A stretch of DNA of 64,000 bases from Dehalococcoidia bacterium (GTDB lineage Bacteria > Chloroflexota > Dehalococcoidia > GIF9 > AB-539-J10): positions 956 through 64,955 of the forward strand of contig JAWOFK010000060.1 in NCBI GenBank assembly GCA_046497565.1, in the 5' to 3' direction. A model generated the notes under the pieces. It searched no databases, had not been told where the DNA came from, and saw only the letters and a program-made list of their open reading frames with translations. The position numbers and the translations under genes were made by a program. Positions 29,227 through 38,667 of this stretch are shown piece after piece. Numbering within the stretch: the first letter of the stretch is position 1; every line of letters begins with the position of its first letter.

Positions 29227-29378
29227 TGGTCAATTCATAATCCATATCCTTGAGATCCGTAACAAAAAGCCATTTAGTTACTATGAGGATGGAGTATCAC
29301 ACTACAGAAGACAACCTGGCATACAGGAGGGTTTGCACTCATTCTGCAAAGTAGTTCTCCTTAGTGTATAATAGCAAT

Positions 29379-29481
29379 AGTTCAGTTCAGGTTATTACAA
29401 GCTTCCTAGAATCTCAGCAGGTTCATTCAAGTATTGGGTAGCCAGACTCTGACCGAAACCTGAAAGAGAGGAGGTTATCCA
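29379..29481 (+). promoter_or_regulatory. Conserved ~100-nt 5' leader, copy 2
   Basis: It is preceded by TGTATAAT (29365-29372). TTCAGGTT (29386-29393) is perfectly complementary to AACCTGAA (29457-29464), just upstream of the Shine-Dalgarno sequence. Confidence 0.35.
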
Positions 29482-29670
29482 ATGAGTTTTCAAAATAAGT
29501 CACTTCAATGCTCCGATTGTGGGCAAGAGTTCACCTTCACGGCTGGAGAACAAGAGTTCTATTCATCCCGTGGCCTGCAGAATGAACCCAAGCGTTGTCC
29601 CCAATGCCGCCGAGCAAGAAAAACACAGCGTAGTGGAACTGTTGGCGGCAACTATACATCACGCTATTAA
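29482..29670 (+). CDS. Zinc-ribbon domain protein, paralog 2
   Basis: 62 aa starting MSFQNKSLQCSDCGQEFTFTAGEQEFYSSRGLQNEPKRCPQCRRARK. It is roughly 60% identical to paralog 1 over the ribbon. Confidence 0.75.
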   Translation: MSFQNKSLQCSDCGQEFTFTAGEQEFYSSRGLQNEPKRCPQCRRARKTQRSGTVGGNYTSRY

Positions 29671-29991
29671 AACTTGCGGGCATGTATACCAAGTGCAGTA
29701 TGCAAAACGAAGGCTGTTTCAAGTCTGGCAAAAAGAGAGCGGCGTATTGCAGTGACCGCTACAACAATGCTGGCCTGGGAGACACCGCCACCATTGGAGA
29801 GCGCTGAAACAAACCTTTTGGGAAGGGTTCCGTGCGTAGAGTTCCCGCTATCTCAGCGCTGTCGACATTGAAGCAGAATATGCCACTTCAACATACCTTC
29901 CCTGTAAAGAGTATGAGTTGGCGTTTGCCCCTTCGGGACATCATAGTAATGTCAATTGTAGTAATTAAGGCGTAGGGTTTCGCGAGCATAT

Positions 29992-31824
29992 ATGAATTAT
30001 CGCAGCGACATAAGAAACGTGGCTATTATTGCTCATGTTGACCATGGTAAGACTACCCTGGTAGATGCCATGCTCAAGCAAAGCAAGGTTTTCCGGAATA
30101 ACCAGATGGTTGGTGAATTGATAATGGACCAGAATGCTCTTGAGCGAGAAAAGGGGATCACCATCATGGCCAAGAATACAGCCGTAGTTTACCGGGATGT
30201 CAAAATCAATATTATTGACACACCGGGGCATGCTGATTTCAGTGGGGAAGTGGAGCGTGTCTTGAGTATGGCAGATGGGTGTCTGCTCCTGGTGGACTCT
30301 ATAGAAGGTCCCATGCCCCAGACTAAATTTGTCCTTCGACTGGCATTGAACATGGGTCTAAAACCCATTGTGGTTATCAACAAAGTAGACAGGCGAAATT
30401 CGCGCATAGCAGAGGTGCTAAGACTTACCGAGGACCTTTTCCTAGAATCAGCTATCAGTGCTGACCAGCTTGACTTCCCTGTACTATACTCCAGTGCACG
30501 GGAAGGTACTGTCGTAACTGAATTGGGCATGAAAGGCAGAGATATCACTCCTCTTCTCGAATGCATATTGGAAAAAGTAACACCACCAAAAATCGAAAGC
30601 GGACCATTTCAAATGCTGGTTTCTAGTCTGGCCTATGACAGCCACAAAGGCAAGATAGCTATCGGTAGAATCTGGAAAGGAAGGGTTGCCCCACACCAAC
30701 CGGTAGTCAGTGTGCATGTCGATGGAAGCGTAACTCATCATGAGATTAGTGAAGTGTTTACCTATCTCGGCCTCGAACACTTAAAGGTGGAGGAAGCCGA
30801 GGCTGGCGATATAGTAGCTGTGACCGGTGTCGACAAGGTCAATATCGGAGATACCATTTCTAGCTTGGAGCAGACTGAAGCTCTACCGCGTATACAGATT
30901 GGCGAACCGACGGTAGAGATGACGTTCGGAGTAAACACCTCCCCTTTTGCTGGCCGTGAGGGTCACTTTTGCACCACACGCCAGTTGTGGGCACGACTCT
31001 GCAGAGAACTGGAAACTAATCTCAGTCTCAGGGTACAGCGTACCGATAGCCCAGATACCTTTCTGGTAAAAGGGAGGGGAGAACTGCATTTGGCTATATT
31101 GATTGAGACCATGCGCCGGGAGGGCTATGAATTTGAGGTCTCGAAACCAGAAGCTATCACCAAAATAATTGATGGTAACCTTGTAGAACCTGTGGAGATT
31201 CTTACCATTGATACCAAAGATGAATATATTGGAATCCTGAGCGAGATGCTGAGCAAGCGGCAAGCTCAGCTTATGGATATGCGCAATGATGGCCATGATG
31301 ATGTGCGTTTGGTATTCCGTGTGCCCACAAAAGGACTCATTGGCTTCCGCAATGCTTTCTCCACCGCCACGCGTGGTGACAGCATCATGAATACCACTTT
31401 TCTTGGCTATGAACCTTATCATGGAGATATAATTTCGACGCGCAATGGGGCACTGGTGGCATCGGGACAGGGCATAGCTGTTACCCATGGTTTGCATAAT
31501 GCCCAGGGGCGAGGCTGCACCTTTATTGAACCAAGCAAGCTAGTCTATGAGGGAATGGTAATAGGGCTGAATTCACGGCCTAAGGACATAGCCATCAACG
31601 TGTGCAAGGAAAAGAAGAAGACCAATGTACGTTCGTCTACATCCGATATTGCCATAAAACTGACTCCTCCCGTGAAGTTGAGCCTGGAACAGGCAATTGA
31701 TTTTATCAATGATGACGAGCTAATTGAGGTAACTCCTGAGAATATCAGGCTGAGGAAAAGGTTACTCACTCAAGCACAACGTTCGAAGGACAGTTCTTCT
31801 TCCAGGCGAAGCGCAAAGCAATAG
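29992..31824 (+). CDS. typA: Translational GTPase TypA/BipA
   Basis: 610 aa with [31 protein letters not shown] and EF-G-like domains. Confidence 0.95.
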   Translation: MNYRSDIRNVAIIAHVDHGKTTLVDAMLKQSKVFRNNQMVGELIMDQNALEREKGITIMAKNTAVVYRDVKINIIDTPGHADFSGEVERVLSMADGCLLLVDSIEGPMPQTKFVLRLALNMGLKPIVVINKVDRRNSRIAEVLRLTEDLFLESAISADQLDFPVLYSSAREGTVVTELGMKGRDITPLLECILEKVTPPKIESGPFQMLVSSLAYDSHKGKIAIGRIWKGRVAPHQPVVSVHVDGSVTHHEISEVFTYLGLEHLKVEEAEAGDIVAVTGVDKVNIGDTISSLEQTEALPRIQIGEPTVEMTFGVNTSPFAGREGHFCTTRQLWARLCRELETNLSLRVQRTDSPDTFLVKGRGELHLAILIETMRREGYEFEVSKPEAITKIIDGNLVEPVEILTIDTKDEYIGILSEMLSKRQAQLMDMRNDGHDDVRLVFRVPTKGLIGFRNAFSTATRGDSIMNTTFLGYEPYHGDIISTRNGALVASGQGIAVTHGLHNAQGRGCTFIEPSKLVYEGMVIGLNSRPKDIAINVCKEKKKTNVRSSTSDIAIKLTPPVKLSLEQAIDFINDDELIEVTPENIRLRKRLLTQAQRSKDSSSSRRSAKQ

Positions 31825-31974
31825 ACCAGTGCTTATCGTCAGAATGGCTGAAATACCGAAGTGATATCCTAATTCACCACGACCCAAATCATCGTATTGC
31901 AAGTCAAGAAGTGCAATGCACATCATCATTAGCCAGAGAGCAGGCCGATGAGGACAGATGCCCCGAGTGTCCTC

Positions 31975-32991
31975 TTAGCCAAGGCCCAGGCTGGGCACTA
32001 CATCCAGGTCATAACCGCTTACCTGGCCGGCCTGGAACTGATAATAGCCGCAAGCAGCCACCATAGCAGCATTGTCGGTACATAGGCTGGGAGGGGGAAT
32101 AATAACCGGGACCGGCGAGCTGGCCAGGAAATGCTCGGTCAACGTCTTATTGGCTGCAACTCCGCCGCTGAGCAGAATGTGCTCCACCTTCAATTGCTTC
32201 GCTGCTTCAATTGTCTTGGCGACCAGAACATCGGCAACAGCCAGCTGGAAACTTGCCGCGACATCTGCCGCCGACACCCCCCCTTTGTGAACAAGATGCC
32301 ACAAGGCTGTCTTCAGGCCACTGAAACTGAAATCATGACTTTCCTTAAGCCAGGCCCGGGGCAGGGGTAGACAAGGCAGCCCGGAGCGCGAGGCCTGCTC
32401 GATGGCTGGCCCGCCGGGGTAGCCCAGCCCCAGAATCCTGGCGGCTTTGTCAAAGGCTTCCCCCGCAGCATCATCACGGGTCCGCCCCAATTTCTCAAAC
32501 TGCCCGTGTCCTTTCATCAACACCAAGTCACTGTGTCCGCCCGAGACAACCAGACAAAGGCAGGGGAATTTCACCTCGCAATGCACCCTCTTGGTTCCCG
32601 CTCCCTGAACGGGAGATGATTCAGGTGAGGGTGCCAGCCAGTTGGCATAGACATGTGCCTCAAGGTGATTAACCCCGACAAGAGGCAGTTCCCTGGCCAA
32701 GGCCATGGCCTTGGCCACGTTAACGCCTACCAGGAGTGACCCGGCCAGCCCCGGGCCAAAAGTGACGGCGATGCCGTCTATATCCTGCCAGGTGAGTCCG
32801 GCCATTGCCTGGCTGATAACCGGGATGATGGTCAGGAGATGCTGCCGGGAGGCGACTTCGGGGACTACGCCGCCATAACGGGCATGAATGTCTATCTGAG
32901 AAGCCACGACATTGGAGATAATCCTGCCGCCGTCCTCCACTATGGCAGCAGCAGTTTCATCACAGGAGGTCTCGATACCCAGAACTTTCAT
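31975..32991 (-). CDS. tsaD: tRNA N6-adenosine threonylcarbamoyltransferase TsaD
   Basis: [18 protein letters not shown] and a later GGVAAN are present. The ORF is open to 33006, but the ATG at 32991 has GGAG 9 nt upstream. Confidence 0.9.
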   Translation of the reverse strand: MKVLGIETSCDETAAAIVEDGGRIISNVVASQIDIHARYGGVVPEVASRQHLLTIIPVISQAMAGLTWQDIDGIAVTFGPGLAGSLLVGVNVAKAMALARELPLVGVNHLEAHVYANWLAPSPESSPVQGAGTKRVHCEVKFPCLCLVVSGGHSDLVLMKGHGQFEKLGRTRDDAAGEAFDKAARILGLGYPGGPAIEQASRSGLPCLPLPRAWLKESHDFSFSGLKTALWHLVHKGGVSAADVAASFQLAVADVLVAKTIEAAKQLKVEHILLSGGVAANKTLTEHFLASSPVPVIIPPPSLCTDNAAMVAACGYYQFQAGQVSGYDLDVVPSLGLG

Positions 32992-33170
32992 CTTCGTCAA
33001 CTCCATAGCACTTCACTGGATAATGCCAACACTTTGTACCCGTCTGCAAAAATTAAAGGTCAGAAACGAAAATGACAAATCAAGACCCGAAAATGTAGCG
33101 CGAGTCCCGTATCTAATACGGGGCAGCCTCGTGCCGGGCATATTTAGCGGTACCCACACTGACGAAAACA

Positions 33171-34337
33171 CTATGTGCCTGCTTCTCCGGCCTTCTTGAC
33201 AGCATATTGCAGTGCCAGCGGCGCACAGAGTTCATGGACCACTGTTGTGGTCGCTATCAGTGTGATTATTGTGCCTCCGATCTCATACTCTGCTAATGCT
33301 TGAGCTGCCAGGAAAGCAAGACCCATGGCAACACCTGCTTGATTTAGCAATGCCAGGCCGAGATACTTCTTAACTTTTGGCTCAGATCCTGCAAAAACGG
33401 CTCCAAGGCTACACCCTGCTATTCTGCCGATAGTTCTGCCAGCGCAATACACAATCACAAGCGGCCATATGAGGTGAAAAAGCGTGAAGTCCATCTCCAT
33501 GCCAATAGCGGCAAAAAACAAGATAAATATCGGCGTCATGACGTTATCTAGCAATTCGTTTGAGCGATTGCCGATGTGGACATTGAGGTTAATTACTGCA
33601 ACTCCCAAAGCCATACAAGTGAGAATTGCTGAAACCCCAATCATTTCCGCAAGGCCCCAGCAGAGAATAGCAACCCCAATAAAAACAACAAAGACGTGCT
33701 CGGAAGAGAGATGTATTTTCTTCGTGAGGTAAGAAATAGCGACGCCGGTTGCCCCTCCCAGTCCCAGCCCGCCAAGAATCTCCCATAATGGGTGAGCAAG
33801 AGAAGATGAAAGGCTGGCTTCTCCACCCAACAGCGTCTCCGCCCACATAAGCCCCACCGCAAAAATGATTACTACAACTGCGTCAGTCAATCCCACGAGA
33901 GCAATAGTCATATCCGTAAGTGTTCCTCTTGCCCTCAAATCTCTCAGAACTGCTATCGCTGCCGCGGGAGAGGCCGCAGGGGCAAGCGAAGCCAGAATTA
34001 TGGCAAGCGGGAGATTCTTTGTTAATAAGTACACAGAAGCCCATACTGCAATAAAGGTCGTGAGCACCTGCACAATCAATATGATGACTATCTGCTTACT
34101 CATTCTTCTTAGAAAGGCGACGGATAGGCTCAATCCCACTACGTACGCAACAAGAGCAAGCGTTATTCCGGTGATAGTGACACCGAATTCTTCAGGCGCG
34201 CTGAAATCAAAAACCTGGCCTATGATGACACCTGACAGGATATACGCCAGAACTTCTGTTAAACCTAACTTGCGTAACATCCTCCCGACCACAAAGCCAA
34301 GTATAAGAATCGAGCCAACAAGCACGTAGATGTTCAT
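33171..34337 (-). CDS. Cation:proton antiporter (CPA family Na+/H+ or K+/H+ exchanger)
   Basis: 388 aa with about 11-12 TM segments and typical sodium/hydrogen-exchanger family composition. Confidence 0.75.
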   Translation of the reverse strand: MNIYVLVGSILILGFVVGRMLRKLGLTEVLAYILSGVIIGQVFDFSAPEEFGVTITGITLALVAYVVGLSLSVAFLRRMSKQIVIILIVQVLTTFIAVWASVYLLTKNLPLAIILASLAPAASPAAAIAVLRDLRARGTLTDMTIALVGLTDAVVVIIFAVGLMWAETLLGGEASLSSSLAHPLWEILGGLGLGGATGVAISYLTKKIHLSSEHVFVVFIGVAILCWGLAEMIGVSAILTCMALGVAVINLNVHIGNRSNELLDNVMTPIFILFFAAIGMEMDFTLFHLIWPLVIVYCAGRTIGRIAGCSLGAVFAGSEPKVKKYLGLALLNQAGVAMGLAFLAAQALAEYEIGGTIITLIATTTVVHELCAPLALQYAVKKAGEAGT

Positions 34338-34831
34338 GCCGTGTTAATGAACTTCTTTCTGAGATGCTTTACCAGGAGCTGTATTGTTATTTCTCCCAGG
34401 AGTCTTTTATTCTCATCAACAACTGCTAGCCTGCGGATACCGAAGGAGGAGACTTTCTTCAAGACGTCAGCCACGTTTTCCTCCGGCGAGCATACGACAG
34501 GATCATATGTCATGATATCCCGGACAACACTTTCTCTGTGCAATACTTCAGTCCTGGGAATTCCGAACATTGTTTCCTTCTTTTCCCAGTGAGGCACAAT
34601 ATAACGCAGCATATCGTGTTCAGTGACTACACCGACCACTTTCATGTCCTCAGTATTGTTAACCACCCAGGCATGCGCTCTGACGGAAAGCTCGGTAAGA
34701 AACTCGACCCAGATGGCATTCTCCGCCATAAACGGAGTATCGTCCCCGGGTATCATTATCTCTTTGACTTTGGTCTTGTAGAATTCTTCCATCATGGTCT
34801 GTTGATGTAAATCGCACCCCTGAAGTTTCAT
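34334..34831 (-). CDS. CBS-domain pair protein
   Basis: 165 aa with two CBS repeats (VVGVVTEHDMLR, RLLGEITIQLL). It overlaps the antiporter start by 4 nt. Confidence 0.7.
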   Translation of the reverse strand: MKLQGCDLHQQTMMEEFYKTKVKEIMIPGDDTPFMAENAIWVEFLTELSVRAHAWVVNNTEDMKVVGVVTEHDMLRYIVPHWEKKETMFGIPRTEVLHRESVVRDIMTYDPVVCSPEENVADVLKKVSSFGIRRLAVVDENKRLLGEITIQLLVKHLRKKFINTA

Positions 34832-35004
34832 TTTAGCCGGCCAGGCTGATAATAACTCCGGCGACGACTGTATGTACGCATTGCCGCCGCAGCTCTATCA
34901 GGTGCTTATGTTAGTATTCTAATAAAGAAGGAGGGCTTAGGCAAGTAACAATGGGTTGCCTAGCCTTGTCCGGTATGTTAGCATAGCTTCGGATTTTTGG
35001 TCCC

Positions 35005-35634
35005 TTGAGCATAACTTCTATTATTCTTGCCGGCGGCAGAAGTCTGAGGCTTGGCCAGAACAAGGCCCTTCAGGCTATCGATGGCAAGAGTCTTATCCAG
35101 TGGGTGGTTGATCGCCTTTCTATTCTCAGCACAGAAATCATCATAGCCACCGCTCATGGCGAAGAAATTCCCTGCTCATCGACTGTAAAGATAACAACGG
35201 CAGCCGACATTTATGTGGGAAAGGGTCCGCTGGGTGGCATTCACTCAGGCCTAACAGCCTCATCCAGTCCGCGGTCTATCGTTGTTAGCTGCGATACGCC
35301 GTTTGTGAGCGTCGGCTTGCTGGAATATATGACTCAAATCTGCCCAGCATTCGATATCGTGGTTCCCCGGATACAGGACAAAATCGAGCCCCTTTGCGCA
35401 CTGTATTCCAGGAAGTGTCTGGCCCCCATCCAGGAGTTACTGGAGCAAGACGAACGACAGATTAGAAAGCTTTTCAGTATGGTCAAGGTGAAATACGTTG
35501 AAGAAGACGAGGTAAACAGCTTTGACCCGGAGCACCTGAGCTTTTTCAACATAAATAGCCAGGCCGACCTGGACAGGGCAAGGGAAATAGCACCGACTGT
35601 AAGCCAGCTGCCCGGACGGAGACAGGTGCTCTAG
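35005..35634 (+). CDS. mobA: Molybdenum cofactor guanylyltransferase MobA
   Basis: 209 aa with a TTG start, the nucleotide-binding motif SIILAGGRSLRLGQNKA and a CDTPF segment. Confidence 0.8.
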   Translation: MSITSIILAGGRSLRLGQNKALQAIDGKSLIQWVVDRLSILSTEIIIATAHGEEIPCSSTVKITTAADIYVGKGPLGGIHSGLTASSSPRSIVVSCDTPFVSVGLLEYMTQICPAFDIVVPRIQDKIEPLCALYSRKCLAPIQELLEQDERQIRKLFSMVKVKYVEEDEVNSFDPEHLSFFNINSQADLDRAREIAPTVSQLPGRRQVL

Positions 35635-35667
35635 CCTGTCGAACCGTTCGTTACCCGTCTGGCCCTC

Positions 35668-38631
35668 TTACCATTTCTCTTGAGACAGTCGCAACACGAG
35701 CCACGTTCTGAGGCGCTCATCCAGCTCGCCCACCCATGATTCTATCTTGCGTATGTCTCCGCTCATGAGTGCGGCTTTTTCCTCCGCACTCAGTTCATAC
35801 TCTTTCAGGGCCTCGGCAGGATTTTCTGCCAGTCGTGCCAGGAAAGCGTTATCCTGGGCGGCCCTATCGAGCACTGCCAGCACGGCATTTACCGCCGAGA
35901 CCTTGTACTCGGGAATCTTGGCCAAGGGGTCAAGGGCATCATTGGTGAGGATATTTGCCGCCGCCTCACGCCAGTGGAAGGGCATGAAGACCAGTCCGAG
36001 GGGCGATTTTTCCGTAATATGAACCGGAGCCTCCACCCGACCTCTTCTGGAGGTAACTACTACCAAATCGCCCTCAATAAGCCCCAGCTTCACCGCATCA
36101 CCGGGATGCATTTCCACCATACCGTTGGGACAAAGCTCGCTCAGCACCTGGGCGCGGCGGCTCATCGTGCCGGTATGCCAGTGCTCCAGCACCCGCCCCG
36201 TGGTGAGAACCAGCGGGTAGCCTTGAGATACCGATTCCGCCGGCGGCATATAGGTTACAGCGTGGAACTTGCCTCTGCCCCGGGCAAAGCCATCTTGATA
36301 TAGAAAGGGGGTTCCGGGATGCAAGGCATCCGGACACGGCCATTGCAGACCATCGTGGTCAAGGCGGTCAAAGTGAACACCGCCATATATGGGAGCCAGC
36401 GATGCGATCTCTTCCATTATGTGGCCGGCACTTCGATAGTCTAACGGCTGTCCCATTTCCCTGGCCACAGCGCAAATAATCTCCCAGTCGGGCTTTGCCT
36501 TCCCGGGTGGCAGGACTGCCTGCCGCACTCTTTGAATTCGCCTCTCGGTATTGGTGAAAGTACCATCTTTTTCTGCGAACGCAGCAGCGGGGAGAACAAC
36601 ATCAGCGGTCCAGGCGGTCTCGGAGAGAAAGATGTCCTGAACCACCAGGAAGTCAAGCTTCTCCATCGCCTGTCTGGTATGCTCGAGGTGGGGTTCACTC
36701 AACAGGGGATTCTCACCCATAACATAGAGTCCTTTGATGTGTCCCCCCAGTATAGCATTGGCTACCTCGGTAACCGTCACTCCAGGACGGCTGCTTAATT
36801 TGCATCCCCAGGCAGTTTCGAACTTCATCTTCACGGCAGGGTCATCGACCTTTTGATAGCCGGGATAGACGTTAGGGAGCGCCCCCATATCACAGGCGCC
36901 CTGGACATTGTTCTGACCCCGAAGGGGACTGAATCCGGTGCCTTCCCGGCCGATATTGCCGGTAAGCAGTAGCAGGTTGGCCACGCTTTTGACGTTGTCC
37001 GTGCCGGTGGTGTGCTGGGTTATGCCCATGCCATAGAGGATACAGGCACTTTTCGCTTCTCCGAAGAGATGGGCAGCCGCCTCTATATCGGCTTGGGGTA
37101 CCCCCGTTATAGCCTCCACTGCCTCAGGAGTATATTCCTGCACAAGTAACCGCAGTTCCTCAAAGCCCTCAGTGCGCTCCTGGATAAACTCCTTGTCCTC
37201 GAGGCCGTCCCTGATAATCACGTGCATCAGCCCGTTGATGAGGGCGACATCTGTCCCCGGCCTGTGAAAGAGCCCGACGGTGGCATATTCGCTGAGTTCA
37301 ATAGAGCGGGGGTCCGCCACGATGAGCTTAGCCCCACCAAAACTGACCCTTCTCTTTATTATCGCGCCGATAATGGGATGACATTCGGTGGGATTAGAGC
37401 CGATGACAAAGAAGAGTTCCGTCTTCTCAAAATCGGAATAGGAATTGCTCATCGCCCCCTGGCCGAAGGCGGCAATTCCTCCGACCACCGTGGAGGCGTG
37501 GCACAGCCGGGCGCAATGATCGATGTTGTTCGTCCCTATCACAGCGCGTACGAATTTCTGCATAACATAGTTATCTTCGTTGGTGCACTTAGCCGAGCTC
37601 AAGGCAGCAATAGTATCTGCTCCGCCGACTTGCTTGAGTTCAAGGAGCTTACCGGCCATCAACTCCAGGGCCTCTTCCCAGGTAGCTTCACGGAAGATTT
37701 CCTGCACCCGCCCGTTGTGACCTGCCTGCCGGCCGACGCCCGGTAGCCGGATAAGGGGCGTTGTCAGCCTTTCAGGATGGTTGACAAAATCATATCCCCA
37801 GCGCCCCTTAACGCACAGGCTGCCCTTGTTGGCCGGCCCATCGGAGTCGCCGCGCACGGAAACAATCTTGTTATTCCGAACACCCAGGTAGATGGAGCAG
37901 CCAACCCCGCAATAGGGACAGATGGTCTTGACTTCTGCGGCAGGCAGCTTTTCCCATTTAGGCACCAGCGCTCCGGTAGGACATCGGGCGACGCATTCAC
38001 CACAGGACTTGCAGATAGACTCGACAATCGGTTTATCACCAAAGGTGGCTACCTTCGCCGAGTTTCCCCGGAAAGCCAGGTCAATAGCGCCGACAACAGC
38101 TATTTCGTGACACGCCCGCACACATTTTGCGCAGAGGATACATTTATTGGGGTCACGGATAAACGCCGGATGGCTCTTATCCAGAGGCAGCAATTGAGCG
38201 CTCTTTCGCAACCGGTCAATGTGTTCCTGCTCGACGTCCAAATACCGGGCAATTTTGAGCAGCTCGCAGTCCTGGTTTTTAGCACAGGTCATACAATCGC
38301 CATGATGGTTGGCGCTGATAAGTTCCATGGTGATTCGGCGCGCTTGATTTAGCCTCGGCGTGTCGGTGTGCACCACCATACCATCGGTTGCCGGTGTCGT
38401 ACACGAGCTGACCAGGCCACGCATCCCTTCAATCTCCACCACGCAGAGGCGACAACCTCCGTAAGGCTTGAGGTCGGGGTCATGACATAGCGTGGGAATG
38501 TAGATGCCGGCCTCAATGGCTGCTTCCAGCACAGTGACTCCATTTCTCGCTTCGACCTCCTGCCCATGTATGGTCAACCGGATGGTGGCTATTTCTTCTC
38601 GTTCAACCCTGGGTGTTGCGATGACACTCAT
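35668..38631 (-). CDS. fdhA: NAD-linked-type formate dehydrogenase alpha subunit (Cys-type) with a ~76-aa C-terminal helical extension
   Basis: 987 aa. It has an N-terminal 2Fe-2S domain (CRLCVVEI), His/Cys and 4Fe-4S motifs, molybdopterin domains and the active-site segment ARLCHASTV (Cys, no in-frame TGA). Residues after KVSAVNAV are homologous to the ORF at 41106-41414. Confidence 0.9.
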   Translation of the reverse strand: MSVIATPRVEREEIATIRLTIHGQEVEARNGVTVLEAAIEAGIYIPTLCHDPDLKPYGGCRLCVVEIEGMRGLVSSCTTPATDGMVVHTDTPRLNQARRITMELISANHHGDCMTCAKNQDCELLKIARYLDVEQEHIDRLRKSAQLLPLDKSHPAFIRDPNKCILCAKCVRACHEIAVVGAIDLAFRGNSAKVATFGDKPIVESICKSCGECVARCPTGALVPKWEKLPAAEVKTICPYCGVGCSIYLGVRNNKIVSVRGDSDGPANKGSLCVKGRWGYDFVNHPERLTTPLIRLPGVGRQAGHNGRVQEIFREATWEEALELMAGKLLELKQVGGADTIAALSSAKCTNEDNYVMQKFVRAVIGTNNIDHCARLCHASTVVGGIAAFGQGAMSNSYSDFEKTELFFVIGSNPTECHPIIGAIIKRRVSFGGAKLIVADPRSIELSEYATVGLFHRPGTDVALINGLMHVIIRDGLEDKEFIQERTEGFEELRLLVQEYTPEAVEAITGVPQADIEAAAHLFGEAKSACILYGMGITQHTTGTDNVKSVANLLLLTGNIGREGTGFSPLRGQNNVQGACDMGALPNVYPGYQKVDDPAVKMKFETAWGCKLSSRPGVTVTEVANAILGGHIKGLYVMGENPLLSEPHLEHTRQAMEKLDFLVVQDIFLSETAWTADVVLPAAAFAEKDGTFTNTERRIQRVRQAVLPPGKAKPDWEIICAVAREMGQPLDYRSAGHIMEEIASLAPIYGGVHFDRLDHDGLQWPCPDALHPGTPFLYQDGFARGRGKFHAVTYMPPAESVSQGYPLVLTTGRVLEHWHTGTMSRRAQVLSELCPNGMVEMHPGDAVKLGLIEGDLVVVTSRRGRVEAPVHITEKSPLGLVFMPFHWREAAANILTNDALDPLAKIPEYKVSAVNAVLAVLDRAAQDNAFLARLAENPAEALKEYELSAEEKAALMSGDIRKIESWVGELDERLRTWLVLRLSQEKW

Positions 38632-38667
38632 TGTGGCACCCTCCTTTCATACATTCTTTTGTAACAC

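Noticed and set aside
29671-29871. An in-frame continuation after the TAA stop of zinc-ribbon paralog 2 (..ACIPSAVCKTKAV..). Another frame shows CSMQNEGCFKSGKKRAAYCSDRY, which recalls the second Cys-rich domain of longer family members. I considered stop-codon readthrough or a decayed C-terminal domain.
   Set aside because: The spacing does not align convincingly with the CxxC..VPF..PVYCxxC pattern I remember. Paralog 1 has no counterpart. No single frame carries the motif. The evidence is too weak to call a pseudogene or recoding.
34934-34965. A 10-bp bulged hairpin (GGCTTAGGCAA / TTGCCTAGCC) in the divergent region upstream of mobA. I considered a Moco-riboswitch fragment or a terminator.
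   Set aside because: It is far too short for the Moco RNA motif and lacks the motif's conserved elements as I recall them. It has no U-tract. I could not tie it to a function.
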